A DNA stretch of 63,999 nucleotides, the filler included, from Reticulomyxa filosa (lineage: Eukaryota > Protista > Foraminifera), in NCBI GenBank assembly GCA_000512085.1. It is 16 parts of 16 records of this genome, joined end to end, with 100 filler letters (N's around TTAATTAATTAA, not from the genome) between each part and the next. Parts side by side here need not be neighbours in the genome. Positions count along the whole stretch, not along the records: positions 1 to 15,671 come from ASPP01005437.1; positions 15,772 to 17,438 come from ASPP01022932.1; positions 17,539 to 19,827 come from ASPP01038757.1; positions 19,928 to 21,828 come from ASPP01013813.1; positions 21,929 to 24,838 come from ASPP01034973.1; positions 24,939 to 27,741 come from ASPP01019823.1; 10 more parts are not named here. The stretch is one strand, 5' to 3'. Of the stretch, positions 11,340 through 25,341 are shown in pieces. The notes beneath the pieces are model-generated. The model worked only from the letters and a program-made list of their open reading frames with translations. It was not told the origin of the DNA and did no database searches. Made by a program: the position numbers and the translations under genes. Each line of letters begins with the position of its first letter. Positions within the stretch are counted from its first letter, which is position 1.

Positions 11340-14300
11340 TATTGTTTGCATGTATGTTTTGCTACCCTGCGACTTCTATTTTTTTCAAACTCCAGAAAAA
11401 TATGAAGCCTTGCAAATGCAATTTTTAGTAGTTTTTACAAAAATTGACTTGTCAAACACAAATTGAGCGAAATAAAAAATTGTTGCGCAACAGTAACATC
11501 ACAGGAAAGGTTACATTTGTTACGACAACATATGAAATATCCTACTGACTTTGATTATAATTGTAATGGCAAAAACAAATTGGTAGATGATGGCTGCCTA
11601 GCACTTTTGCAATAAGGTTTTGTTGCTTCACTGCCTCTTTCTCATTTCACAAAATAAAAGTATGTACTGAATGTTTAACACCGCCAATACCTCTTTAAAA
11701 TTGGTCTCGATTTGATTTTGAAGAAGGCAGTGTCGACATCATTCATAGAATCTAATGCAAAATATTACAGTAACAGTATTCTTAAGGTTTGCATTAAGGT
11801 GAGATACCACTTCATCCACATGCTTTTTGTATCTTTATTTCCATGATCAGTAATTTTTCAAATCAGTACGTTGAATTTTGTAATACTGAACAGCTCAAAT
11901 ACAATAACTAAAAGACCAGTTTTTTTAGGGTTAAAAGTTGTTTAAAAAGACTGAAATTTAATCTTGGAGAAAACTAAAAATTTGCTTAGCCCTTTGCTTT
12001 AAAAAAAGAAAATGTATTGCTACCCACTTGTTTTTATTGGGAACACACCAGATGTATCACAACAAGACGCACAACCAGTCAATTTTCGAACAAAAATGTT
12101 TTACTGACAAGACTACTTCAAAAAATAGAAAAAAGGAATAAGCACTTAGGAAATTAGTTAAGGAAATACACAAATAGATAAAGTAAACAATTCACCGACA
12201 ATTGAAAAAATTAGCATTTACTGTAGTATTGAATTTTATTTTTATGTATGGCTATCCAACTGGTGCTTTTTAGTGCGAATGAATGATATGTCGTCAGTTC
12301 TAGCTCTTTGTTCTTTGTGATACAATGTTATAATTTCTTATAAATTACATATCATAATAATGTTATACGTGTTTTCTTCAAGAAAGTTTTTTGTCATATC
12401 AACAGTAATGATTAAAATGATAACACAAATAAATGAATCATTTGGCATAGAAAAATACACATCAATGTAAGGATTGGCCGTGCGTATGTTATAAAGATTA
12501 AATAGTCATTAATCGGCATCAAATGAAAAAACAAGATATCTTTTTTCGAATGAAAAGTTTTATGAAATAATTTATCAAATTGCTGTGTTTTTTCTTTGCA
12601 ATAAATAAAAAAGCACTTTTATACGTATGCATTTTTTCTTAGTCAAGCTGTAAATACTTTTAATTTTAAAATATTTGTTCAACATAATAACTAAAAAGAC
12701 TAAATTAAAATAAATAATTGATCTTTAGGTGTAACATCAAAAATACGACAAACATTTATTATGAAATCATTCGCGAGTACAACTAAAAAAAAATTAAACA
12801 CATAACGCAGTTGTAAAGCATTTTTACAAGAACTGATTACATGTATTTCGAGCGGTACAGATTAATAAATAGATTTATTATAACTTACATTAATAAATAA
12901 AAGTGACAGATATATCAAAGTGTCGACATCGACGGCAACCTCAAGCATTTGCAATTACAGCAACAGAATACTAGTAATAACAGATAGACACTGTAATAAG
13001 ATCTTTGGCAAATGGAGATTCTTTTGGTTTACAGTAAGACGCAAAAAAATTGATGACTTAAAATATCATTTTATGAAGATTATCAATTTTTTCAAAAGTA
13101 TAGTACACATTTTGATGTCCTAGCTTGCTTGTTTTGTCTGATAAAATGATTTTTGCTTTTGTTATAATGTCTTCGCGGATTTTCGCTTTTGTAGTCTGAG
13201 CATTGAAAACTTTTCACATAGCACTCTTTTTGATTCTATTCCGTGTAATTTATTTTTTAATTTTTCAATTTTGTTTTTTCATATTAATCGATATTTTAAA
13301 TTTATAGCTTGTTTATTATTTTTTGTTTTGTTTCGTGTCATATTAGGTCTGCTCAAACACTGAAAAACAAATCTAAAAATCTGTCGTAGTTCTCACTAGT
13401 GCTGCTTACTTTTGTAACGTTGCGTGGTGATGAATTTTTTAGAAAAAAAAGCGTACCTGGAAAAACCTTCTTGTGATACAGGCTTTTAAACCGAAATAAC
13501 GTGATTGTGTGATTATTGTTCCATTCCTAAACAAATTTTTAGTTGAACAAACAGGGGTGATAATTTAACACTGTGTAAAGTTAAAACTCTGACACAAACT
13601 AGTGAATTAAGAGCCAAAAAGAGCGCACAAGATCACATACAATTTTTATATTCTCTGAAAGAGCAGGTTTTTATACACAGAATCAAACGTTTTACATCAT
13701 ATCTTGTGATTGATAAACAATCTGTTTCTCTTTAAAAAACAAAAAAACAGATTGGCTCCAATTGTGTGAGTCATCGATACTACCTTGGTCACAAATTTTG
13801 ATAATTTTAGCTCAACCATAACAAAGGCACGTCGACGAAGGAGGGATGGATTTTAACTTAAAATTTTTGAAACTGGAGTCCAAAAAAATTTACGAGTTAT
13901 CTGTAAAATTGGAGTTAATCTATTTTTTGCTGGACACAAAAAGTAGCTTAAACTGATGAACGTGTAAGAGCTTTTTGATGTATGCGCTTTTGCAGCACAA
14001 AAATAAACACATTTGTGTTTTTTCTAAAAAGTTTTGATCAAAACGGCTGCAACAACAAGCAAAAAACCAGAAAGCGGTTACTTTTTTGTCTTTCAAGTGC
14101 AATACTGGCTAAGTGATTTTGTACATTTTTTTTGCTTAAAAAATTTTTCAATGAACTGTTCCGATCGAAACTGGTTATTGGGACAATACTTTTGGAAATA
14201 ATTTTGTTTTGTGCTCATGACGGTGCTGAAAATTGTACGTTGCAAATGGATTTTGTTTTTGTCTTTGCGTTTTGTTGTTTTGTAGAAGGAGTGACAGCAG

Positions 14301-14596
14301 AGAAAGGGGAGAGGGCGCCATAATTGGAAGGATATCTATAAACGAAATATTGAGCAAATCCATTTAAAACTGTGATTAAACATTGCAGCATTCTTGAAAG
14401 TTTTGGCAATAAAACAGTTTTTTCTGTCTTTATCAAACTAATTTGTAATTATACTCAGGAAAAATCAGGCTTTTCGTTAAGGCGTACCTTTTTTTTGAGT
14501 TGAAAGAGTGGGGAAAGTACAAAGAAAAAACTCACAGCAAATCTTGTCTTTTGTTTGTTTTATTTGTGCTCTCTTAGGTGAGTGGGCTTTACTGCA

Positions 14597-15671
14597 ATGG
14601 CGGCTGGAAAAAATAGAGACGCAATTTTTCAGAACGAGATCAACTATTTTACGGAGAAAATGCACCAAATTGTGGGATATCAAAAGAGTGGCAAACCAGG
14701 TTTGTTATATCAATCACAAAAACGTCTAGGTTGCATTATTTGTTTGTGTCGCCCGTATTTTGTCAGCCATTTAAAAAAAGAAGGACCTTTGTTTTGTCAA
14801 AAAAAAATGCAACATTTTTTTAATTTTTTGTTAAAAAGAAACTTGTTGAATGGCATTGTGTGATGGGGGATTTGGGCAGAGTCTAAAAAAAAAATGAGAT
14901 TTAGCGTTTGTCCAGATTGTCAAATGAAAAATGTACATTTAAATCGTCAACTGTTTTCGCCTGAATACGTATTTCCTTGCATTTGTATGCACCGCAGTAG
15001 TTTGGCGCAATACCAAAAAAAAATTTGTGACGTTGCATTTGCTTCTGAGATACTGCAAGAATTGTGTAATCATTGCGCCACGAGTTTTGACATGGTCTGT
15101 GTTGTGGAAATTGACGATTACTTACGAGTCGAGCAAAAAGTTTTGTGGAAACCTTTGCAAAGATCAACGTGGAATAGAAACAATCAGCCAAAGGTTTTTT
15201 TTCTTTTGCTTGTTTTTTTTTTTGTTTGTATACGTGAGCCTTTTCAAGCTCCCCGCCTCTTTCCCCCTTTCCCTTTCTGTTATCTTCCAAATTTTTTCAC
15301 ATGTTAAAAAAAAACCTTGAATGTGCAATTTTGCTTTTTTTTGATCATTGGTTTGTGTGTTTGAATTTTTTTGTAAATATCAGTGCGATAATATTCGTAT
15401 CACTGCGGTGTCAAAGGCGTTTGTAACAATTGGGACCACCCCTTGGGGTGATGTTGAATTGCACATTATTGGCCCTGAAGTCATCCATACAAAGCCTTAT
15501 TCACGATTGGGAGTTGGTGTCAATATGCTTTCAAAACATAACTGGAAGCCTGGATTTCTGTACATGACCAGTGACGACGAAAGATTGCGTCAGCATTTGC
15601 ACCTTGAACTGCGCTATCCAAATCAATTCGAAGGTTGTCAAAAAAAAAAAGATTATTATTTTTTTTTTTTT
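14597..15671 (+). CDS. Hypothetical multi-exon protein with Cys-rich, RINGv-like segments, truncated by the contig end
   Basis: CIICLC, CPDC, PCICMH and CNHC patterns across ORFs 14582, 14894 and 15348, separated by A/T-rich intron-like stretches. Confidence 0.4.
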
Positions 15672-16519
15672 NNNNNNNNNNNNNNNNNNNNNNNNNNNNN
15701 NNNNNNNNNNNNNNNTTAATTAATTAANNNNNNNNNNNNNNNNNNNNNNNNNNNNNNNNNNNNNNNNNNNNACAAGAATCAATAATGTCATTTTTTTCTC
15801 CAGTTAATCTTCACGTGCTGAAACTAAACTGCATACAAAGAAAGGGAACAAAATAAATACTAGTCAATTTGTTCCAAACTATTTCTATCATCGAAAGAGA
15901 TTGGACATATTTACTTTATTTTATATGAAAGATATAATTTTTATTTGTTTAATTTTGATAAATCAGTGTTTTTGACTATAATTTAATTATACATCTGAAA
16001 AGTTAAAATTGCCACATCAATTTAAATTAAGAAATGAAAAACCACAATTTGCATACACAATCCATACATTACACTGTCATGTTCGAGTTCTTACAATTAA
16101 ATAGAAAGAAGAAAAAAACTATGAGTCAAAATCATTGATCAAACAACTAAGAATCAGTAAATATTACTTTATATTATTGTACACAGACAAAGGGAAGATA
16201 ATAATAATAAAAAAGACAAAGCAGTGTCTGCATTTTTTCTCGAGGAATTTTTGAGTCCATATACTTGTTTGAATGTTGTACTCTTGTTAATCGCATCTGA
16301 CTTACCTCTTTTTTTTCTTATTTTTGCCTTAAAATGGCTTTATTTCTCATTGAACATCCTTCCATTTCAGTTTGCTCAGTAGAAGTGGAGGGGACAAACT
16401 GAGAAGAAAATATTGAGTGAAGACCTCCATTATTCAAGAAGCATGAAATCGCCGTTGGTGTTGGTGGTACTGCTTGTATTCAATGCATTCGTGTTGCTGC
16501 TAAATTCAACTAAGATAAT

Positions 16520-17250
16520 TACAAGAGGGACTAACGGACAAACACACTTCAATCAGCACATCAATACAAACACAATGATAATGTCACATTATACGTTACT
16601 CAATCACTTAGCCAACTATATGTGGAAATGTGGACAATATCTAACATTTTGCTATAACATGGCAAAAGAATCATCAATGCAAATTTCTAGTAAAAAGTCA
16701 ATGCAATTAAAAAACAACATTATACGTATTCTCCAAAGCACTTTTGTTAATAATGCAAAGCAGTCCAAGAATAATTTGCGCACAAAAACATTGTCAATGA
16801 ATAATTTCAGATCCGCTTCGAGTATAACACAGACGACGTACAAATTGAAAATCAAAGCAGCAACATTTAGGTACATAACAGGTTTACGTATATCACAATA
16901 GAGTAAGGGGGAGGATTTGCTATGTATCATGGATTTATTAGAAAGAGTTAAAAAAAAAATGACAGAGTATTGAGAAATAGCAAAGCAGAAGCAATGATAC
17001 AATCGAATACAGCGTCTAACATTCAGAAGCAAGTATTGATCGGAGATATTGTCTGTTATCAATTATTCTGGTACAACGTCGCGACAAACAAGAATGAAGC
17101 CACCAATACTATCTGGAAAATTTATTTTCAACATATCGCTATCCAATCCATGTCCCAGTTCAAACTTTTGCAAACTCCAACTTCACGTCCAAAAAATATT
17201 GTCAAAGTTCGCCTGCTGTTTTGTCCAATGCTGCAATGTTAAGTTCTTTT
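16520..17250 (+). pseudogene. Degenerate hypothetical gene, possibly TPR-like helical repeats
   Basis: Broken ORFs with helical-repeat character. No intact motif. Confidence 0.2.
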
Positions 17251-17538
17251 TTTTTTACTTGCTTTTTGTTTAAAAATGAGCAAACAAATAAAAAAATTAG
17301 ATTATGCGATTAGCGGTGCCTTAATGAATGGAAAATGGAAAAGACGCAGATTCAACTAGCTGCAATTGCTTGAACAAAATGTGACAGCAATCATGTCGTT
17401 TCTTTCCATGGCCCAAACCACGCCTTTATTGATAGAAGNNNNNNNNNNNNNNNNNNNNNNNNNNNNNNNNNNNNNNNNNNNNTTAATTAATTAANNNNNN
17501 NNNNNNNNNNNNNNNNNNNNNNNNNNNNNNNNNNNNNN

Positions 17539-18505
17539 CCTTGTCTTTTGTCGACCCGTCTTCTTGCTGTTTGTGGTGTTCAGCTTCCATAGGTGTGGGT
17601 GAAAATGTGGTATTACCTTCCTTGCCCTCTTCATTCGTCTCCTTGTCTGTGTCAGACTTGTTGTCGCTTTGATTCAAATCTCTTCCATTCTCTTCCTCTT
17701 CCTTTTTCATTTGTATATTCTCATCTGCATGCTCTTCTCCGATCTCTCCACTTTCGCCGATGTTGGCACTAATTACTTTCAATCGCAAACAATATGTTTC
17801 ACTATTGTTATATCTCTCTGCCCAAATCGCCTTCAAATCTTCACCGTTTTGTATTTTCTTGTCTTGACCACTTTCACTTAACCATTCATCATTTGCTGAT
17901 ATTTCCACAAATTGTTTCAAATTCTCAAAGTGTTGGCTCCAATTTTCTGTTTCCATTTCGTAACGGAAATTCGGATTATCGGAATTTTTTGGACACCATG
18001 TCATGAGCTTATCTTCTTTCGTTATTAGCAAGCATCGCTTTGTTTGTAGAATTATATACATACACATATTTTTATTTTATTTAATAGTTAAAAATATATA
18101 AATTAGTCTAACCATTTTTAGCGTGTAATACATTACTTTTCTACTTTTATTCAGTTCATTCCAAAGATCCATTAAGTCACCATCATTGTCAATTTGATCA
18201 TCTGGATTGTCTTTTTTTACAAAAAGAAATGTGGATGTATCTGTCAATTTTAGTTGATCTTTAATTATTTGCAATAATTGTTTCCAATTTGCCTTTTTTG
18301 ATATTTCTATTCGTCCTTCGTCGCTTAGATCAATTGCTTTGAAAATTACTTTTGCATTGTCATAAGGCTCAATCACAAAATATTTTTCCTAATTTTTTTA
18401 TTTGTTTACTATTATTTTCAGGTTAAAGGGTTCGCATATTTTTTAAAATATATAACCATTGACTCCAGTACGTTTTTCCACTTCCCCCTCTTCTTTTTTA
18501 GACAT
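17539..18505 (-). CDS. Hypothetical multi-exon protein with two PB1-like acidic segments and an E-rich tail (3' truncated)
   Basis: DNPDDQIDNDGDLMDLWNE..YYTLKM and GQDKKIQNGEDLKAIW..YCLRLKV resemble the C-terminal halves of PB1 domains. Introns lie between ORFs 18077-18376 and 17483-18067. Confidence 0.45.
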
Positions 18506-19264
18506 GCCATAAAAGATAAAAATAACAACCTGTTTTGACATGTGCTTGTTTCTTTATTAGAGGAAACGAAAACCAACTTCAAAGCAAAACTTAAAAAAAA
18601 GATTCCTTCCTTTCAGAAAGGTTTTTTAACTGTTTTCAGACTTAAACGCCTTACTTCCTCTTTATATTTTGCATACTCTTCCTTCAGAGCCCTTATTTTG
18701 GTGTAAACTGCTGTTGTGGATTAAGGCAGCAAATTTCAAATTGTTTTAACATACAGTAGATCGCAAAAAACTACAGCCATAGTGCCATCTGTGAAAGCGA
18801 TCAATTTTCTCCGTGAAATAAACATTTAGATCTAATTTTTTAAAAATCTTGTAGTTTTAAATATGAAATTTGTTTTATGATAACTTTTTTAACATTGGAT
18901 AAAAACATCGCTTTTTCATATATTTTTGAAAATTTTGCAAGAGTGCATATTAATCAAATACGTATTTGCACAATGAAACTTTTAAATCTTTTCGTTTCTT
19001 TTTAGGAATATTAAGTCGTGTATATATTTTTAAAAAATTAGAATTGTGTCTTTCATAGTTTTTGAAAAAATTCAGCAATTAAAATTTAACTTTGAATTTA
19101 TTCGATATAAAGTTTTTTTCAATTTTTATTTATGTATTGATTTCTTTTTGTTTTAATTTTTTTTGGTATTTGTCATTTTTAGCTTCTTTGAACGTGACAA
19201 ATCGATCGTGAAGTGTAATTAATTCATTAAACTTTTTTTAAGACGTAATGTTTTACACAAGTAT

Positions 19265-19445
19265 ATATTCATCTGTTTCAATATTATTCTGTTCCACCAG
19301 TACTGGTATTCCATCTAATACAAGGTACTTTTCGAAAGTTGTCCCCTATAGTTGGCTCGTAATCTGGTACTCAGTTTTCACAAAGTACTTAACTAGTATT
19401 GCAGTTTTGCCAACATGGGCGTCTCCCAATAACGCTAACTTGTAT
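19265..19445 (-). pseudogene. Ras-family small GTPase pseudogene fragment
   Basis: YKLALLGDAHVGKTAILVKY (P-loop), then after a frameshift VPDYEPTIGDNFRK (effector loop), then after a second frameshift LVLDGIPVLVE. No DxxG or NKxD follows. Confidence 0.65.
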
Positions 19446-19927
19446 ATAGAAACTGTCAGTTTTAGTATTTTTATTTTTTTCCCTTTTTGTGCTTCGTTTT
19501 TTAAAACGTGAAACTTAATTTTTTGTTCTTGATGAATCTAAAAAAATAGTGTGGTATTTAATAAATTCAAAAGTATGAACATAGTTTTGATGGTCAATTT
19601 AAAACTACTATTTTGATAATCTATTTCAGAACGTATCAAATGCTGTGTAAACAAAATTATTGCTTTCACAATAAGATTCAAAGAAAAACAACCATTCACC
19701 ACAATTGCAACCAGTTATTTTGTGGGACTGTTATTGGAGGTGTGTGATCATTGGCATTTTCTGTTGGTATAAAAATTTGTGGTTGAATATACTCAGATAT
19801 TTGATGAGTTTCTTGAAAAAACAGAGANNNNNNNNNNNNNNNNNNNNNNNNNNNNNNNNNNNNNNNNNNNNTTAATTAATTAANNNNNNNNNNNNNNNNN
19901 NNNNNNNNNNNNNNNNNNNNNNNNNNN

Positions 19928-19967
19928 TCGGAATTTCGGAATTTCGGAATTTCGGGAATTCGGAAAT
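19928..19967 (+). repeat. Tandem 8-bp repeat (TCGGAATT) x about 5 at the contig start
   Basis: tcggaatttcggaatttcggaatttcgggaattcggaaat. Confidence 0.8.
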
Positions 19968-20009
19968 CATGCCATGTATGTATATATGATTTGCTTGTGT
20001 TGTGGACAA

Positions 20010-20821
20010 GATCATCAGTGCAGACAACGCGTGGATGGGTTATTCCGGGCGTTCCAACTCAGTTCGTCGACTGTCGGAACGGCGGCGAGAAGAGACATAT
20101 CGCAAGTTCTATGCGGATTCGATGAAAGGTGTGCGCTCGGAGAAGATGGCCGGTGATTACGAGTCTTACCAATACGATAAAGCTTATTCATCTCAAGCAC
20201 AAAGCGCTACCGCCAGTGGGGATGAGTATCGATCCACTACCACTGTCATTGCAAAGTATACCGAGTTGTACACAGTTATCTCTTTTTTTTTTTTTTTTTT
20301 AATACTTGTTCATTCCAATATTCCCTCACTCACTTCCCTTCTTTTCTTTCGACTGAAATTAACACAAACGCTGCTCACCACCAACACAATGACGAAAACA
20401 GGTGCTCGATGTCCAACCGAATGCAACGCTGAAAGAGATCCAACAATCGTTTAGTGACTTGGCCAAGCAATATCATCCTGATATGTTGGAAGCCTCGCCC
20501 GAAGAGGAGAAGAAACAAGGCACGGAAAAATTTCGAAAAATCTTGCTCGCTTTTCAGGTCCTCAAAGATCCTGAACGAAGAAAAGAATATGACACGACTG
20601 GAAATACCAAGTTCAAAAACAAACCCAAATCGTCTCCCAAATCTGCTGCTTCCTCTACTTCCGCGTCCACTAGCTCTCGCACCCAATCTCGCTCCGACTC
20701 TCAACAACAAACTAATCAACAAACAGACGAATATTCTGAACACTCAGAATGGAATCGCAAGCATAAACATAGTTTTCATACTAAAGGTACGAAAAGATCT
20801 GAATTCAATAAAGGGGTCTAG
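20010..20821 (+). CDS. J-domain (DnaJ/Hsp40 class C) protein, 5' truncated, intron 20275-20401
   Basis: Spliced TELYT|VLDVQPNATLKEIQQSFSDLAKQYHPD..KFRKILLAFQVLKDPERRKEYD with an intact HPD motif. Confidence 0.85.
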
Positions 20822-21171
20822 CCTGTGATTCGTCTTGTTTTCCCTTCTTCAAAAGACCCCTTTCTCTCCAAAATCAGCAACATAAAGTCCTGGTTCGGCA
20901 GGTCTTCAGCTTTTTTTCGTTGTTTCCTGTTGTTTATTTCCAAATTGCATAGCTCCTGTTTCTCTGTTTTGAATGGTTAAAGTTTGGGCTGTCAGCTTTT
21001 CGCAACAAACAGACAAAACAGCAAATAACATAAACCAAAATAACGTTTCAAATCTGATAAGCAGTTTTACAAATAAGAAGGTCAGTAACAACAAAAAAGG
21101 CTTAATGTTTTGTGGCATGCCGCCAATTTTAACAATCTAATTGATCATATTTAACTAAACCAAAGGCTAAT

Positions 21172-21798
21172 ATGTCCAGAGCCAGCGTATCCAATGGAGG
21201 ATCAGGTACAGACAATATGCAGGATGATAATACCAAAGGCCAAGGAAGCCAAGGGACAGGAATAAAGGGTGAAATAAAAAGTGAGCTGAGCACAGTCTCA
21301 AGTGGGGTGATATCACATCCATTGGCAGTGGAGCCAACCCAATATCTCGGGAGCGAGCATGAACAGGGGCATAAATCAAGCGAAGCAAGCGAATTGTGCT
21401 TCCTACGATAGCAGAAACAAGACAATCATTCTCAGACAAGTTGAGAGCATTAGAAACAAACATATTATTGAGACAACAGTAACAAAGGTTGAATAACAAT
21501 AACAACAATAATAATAATAATAATAATAACAAAAGTCACGGAATGAAAATAGGGACAGACTCGCTATTGATACATAAGAACCTGGGCTATAACAAAGACA
21601 AGTATGAGCAAGTGGACCAGGCAAGCGCGTCCTCGTACGAGAGCAAAAAGACGCAATTGCCAGCAGAAGATGGGACAGGGGAGGAAGAGATTGTCTACGA
21701 CAAAGAAATCGAGAAAGATATTGCCGGGAAAATGGGGGCCATTTTCAAGATCCGTAAAGACAAAGATAAAGAAAAAGATAAGGACAAAGATAAAGAAG
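21172..21798 (+). CDS. 5' part of a low-complexity (N/K/D-rich) hypothetical protein, with one frameshift and an in-frame TAA
   Basis: ORFs 21172 and 21489 are linked through LPTIAETRQSFSDKLRALETNILLRQQ*QRLNNN. Confidence 0.4.
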
Positions 21799-22729
21799 GT
21801 AATTTTTGTGGAGTAAAAAAAAAAAACANNNNNNNNNNNNNNNNNNNNNNNNNNNNNNNNNNNNNNNNNNNNTTAATTAATTAANNNNNNNNNNNNNNNN
21901 NNNNNNNNNNNNNNNNNNNNNNNNNNNNAAAGACAAAACAGTTGCAGTTTCACTTTGATGAAATACTCTAATAATTTCTTGTCAATCTTGCTTGGACGAC
22001 GATAACCAGGTTTTTTTATATTGAGAAAACAAGCCAATCACCAAACGAATTGCAACAGTCCACAATTTGAATATTCTTCACCAAACTGGCACCCAAGTCA
22101 TACCCAATTTGCATCTCTGATGTGTGTGGCATTGGAAACCACATACAATATAGTTGCAAACACATATAACATGCAACCACGGGTGCTTGTGTAAATGATG
22201 CAAATCATAACTGGAGTGAATGTATGGTATTCGAGCCGAATGTTATTTGTTGTGATTGCAGAACACACAACACTCCATTTCCACTTGTGCTTCGTTTACG
22301 TGGATGTCATTTATAATCTCCCAGTGATATATTGTGTCGATCTTTTTTTATCCACTTTCTCTATATGGACGTGGACACGCCTTGCTTCTTGCACTGGTAC
22401 ATTGTCATCGTCGTCGTCCCTCTTACACACGGTCCATTGCTACTTGTCATATTGTTTGAAGTAGTCGATACGGTCCTAAAATTATTGCTCTGCATTTTCG
22501 TATTTACTTCTTTTTTCTTTCCATTAATCTCCTCTTCCTCCTTCTCTCACTCCAAACCAAAACTAAAGCACTTCACAATAACGGGACATATGTTTACATT
22601 GCCTTGGTTGATGCGTATTACAACAACTGAAAATATGTACAAACAATTTGTATTCACACCGACCTTTAAAAAGTGATTGCCATTCTTCACGTCGACGTTC
22701 GTGCTTTTTTCTGTTTTCTTGTTTTTTTC

Positions 22730-24300
22730 TTGGGTTGCGTGTGTTGATGTGTGGACCTAACCATGAAGCAATCTGTCTTTGAGTGGCAATTACGATATTC
22801 CGGAAATGCTGGCTGGATAATAACAGTGCTGTGACGGATATATGAATTCACATTGTTTTCTTCATCTTTGTTGGCGACTCGTAATACGATTATATTTATG
22901 ATCAGCGATGTGATTGTGGCTTGTTCCTTAGATAATACTTAATCAATTCGTTTAGCAATTTCCAAGATTGTCTAGCTTGATTTCCATCTTATTTGTTTGT
23001 AAAGATAAAATTGTACACTGCATTGCCAACTGTGTTCAAAATATTCTCCCTTGCAATGCCTTCTTCTAATAACACTCTATCCGACGACGATAGCAATGAA
23101 TTGCCATGTTAGTACAATCATGTTTGATTGGCAATACAATTTGGAGAGGAGATAATTTGGGCAGCAGAAACAATGAATAGTACTATTATTGAGGATACTT
23201 GCATAATTCAAGTATCTACAATAGTGCCATACTATCTGATGCTTTTCACACATCCAAGAATTCAGTGCTTGCACGCAACAACCAAGATAGTCTGCAAATA
23301 TGGTGCGTATTATATGCTGACGCTGCTTTGGGCGACTTGTTGATAATTCCTAGCGCTTTCACTTACAATGTTTCATGTGAACGTAATTCTTAGCACATAA
23401 ATCTTTTGGATTGCTTCAATCTACAGCACACACGAACAGAGACCAATATAACACACCAATTGAAGCATATTGTGGAAGGGGTCGATAATGTTGCGGAAAG
23501 AGGAAGTGCTCGAATTCATTTTGATTGGTTATATGGACATGACTAGTTGTTTCATTTGTGTCAACAATAACTGCAGACACTTTCGTTATGCAATTGATCT
23601 TCTCTTTTGGCTAGGGGATTACTTGGCTGGAGTGAGTATTACCCATTCGCGTTTCGATATGACACCTTGGATACAATGCTCGATTTGTGGAGATGTTCCA
23701 ATGATTCAACAATTGAGACCCTGCGTCGTTGCAAATTGAAGTATGGCCAACCAGTGTTCATATTCTATCGGTAATTATGGACGTAATAGAACTGTAAGTC
23801 GATGGTCGCAAGAGCCTGGAAATGCAATTTGTTGTTCGAATTGAGATCTTTCTTCAATAAATGAAGTATTCAGATTAATACTTGGACCAATGAAACTGGG
23901 CGGTATGCTGCTGTATACTAATTCGTGCTGGCTTGTGGTGTCTTGTTTGGTTTTAGGAAATGCTTGTAGGCCGTGGAGCTGGAGAGTTTGTCGGAGATGA
24001 TATTGTTAGTGGGATTTTGCACAACGTAGTATGAAACCGCAGGTACACACATACAAATTGTATTGATCAGGTTCTAACAAAAAACAGGAGGCGAAGCCCA
24101 TGGAATATCAGTTGGATTGGACGTATACTGGTAAAAAATTATGACACTATTGGCTGTGTTATGATCACTATATTACGTCCATAATGCAGTCCATTTGAGC
24201 GTATATATAATCTTCAATTGTGGATGAATTCTGTCAATTAGCATATGTTAAACAGACTCACCCACTCTATATCCTATGATTGGATCATTCTCTCATTGAC
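22730..24300 (-). mobile_element. Highly degenerate retroviral-type integrase remnant (Gypsy/Ginger-like)
   Basis: Frame-shifted minus-strand fragments in the expected order: IRALPLSAT..CFNWCVIL, KALGII..SAYN..VQALN, LNNSTIH, and C-terminal ASWLGPHI. The contig has many stops and no intron-like structure. Confidence 0.4.
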
Positions 24301-25341
24301 TTGCAGCTTACTTTTGATGATATCGAACATCGAGCCAGCAACAATTTTGCAAAAGGCTTGCTCTTTTCTTTCTCGATAATCTTACAAATGGTGCTAGTAT
24401 CTGTTAGCTGTATTGTCGTAAATCTTGTCAGGAACATTGATGTATATACTGTTGGATTTAAATTGACGAACTCGATAGTGATTGCTAGTGCAGTTATCGC
24501 TAGTTGATTTGCCCATTTATATCAGACGATAATGATACGCGAACTGCAAGACAGCACAAACTTCACCACGACGACAATGAACCAGCACCCAACCAAAAAA
24601 ACAACCAATATTTCTGTGGTAACATGCAACAACTTTAACTGTCAAGTCAGACATAATTTTTTTTCAAGCAAACACATAAAAAAAAATATTACTTAACTAA
24701 CATTCGTTTTTGGAGTCATAGCTCCCACATAAAACATAAATTAAAAAAATTAAAATTTTAATTAATTTTTTTCTTATTTTTGTTCTTTTTTTTCCTTTTT
24801 TATTCTTATTCTTTTTTTTTTCTTTCACTTATTCTTCTNNNNNNNNNNNNNNNNNNNNNNNNNNNNNNNNNNNNNNNNNNNNTTAATTAATTAANNNNNN
24901 NNNNNNNNNNNNNNNNNNNNNNNNNNNNNNNNNNNNNNTGTACATTTGTTTTTTTTTCTTAGAGAAGAGTTAAATTTAATTTTGTTTAATTCGAATTGGA
25001 TTCAGTTTTGCAAGAAAAAGAGCCTCTTGTTTTTTCCTTTTTAAGATTTGACTTTAAACTAGAAAAAAATTTTTAATTCAATTGATTTTTCAATGAGAAA
25101 TTGGCTAAATATATCAATTTATCAATCCTTTGTTGAAGTTTCACAAAGAAACAAACAGAGTGAATAGAACAAGTATTTGTAGTATCTTTTCTTATTTTTC
25201 TTGCTGTTGTGTCTTTATTTAATTCGTTTTCAAACGTAAACCTTTCTTTTCTCGAAAAAGTTGTTGTAACCTGTAAACTCCTTCTTTGTTGAGGATTGAT
25301 CATTGGATAAACTCTTTGTTGAATTGATTGCCTTTGTTTAA

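Noticed and set aside
15716-15727. Recurring TTAATTAATTAA palindrome as a biological repeat, and any gene 'neighbourhood' across spacers
   Set aside because: It is always centred in N44 runs, so it is an assembly linker. Adjacent contigs are not physically linked.
21479-21481. TAA read as Gln (alternative genetic code) in CAA CAG TAA CAA
   Set aside because: Single instance. TAA is the normal stop for LC8, the LIM protein and SWI3 here, and long exons contain no in-frame TAA/TAG.
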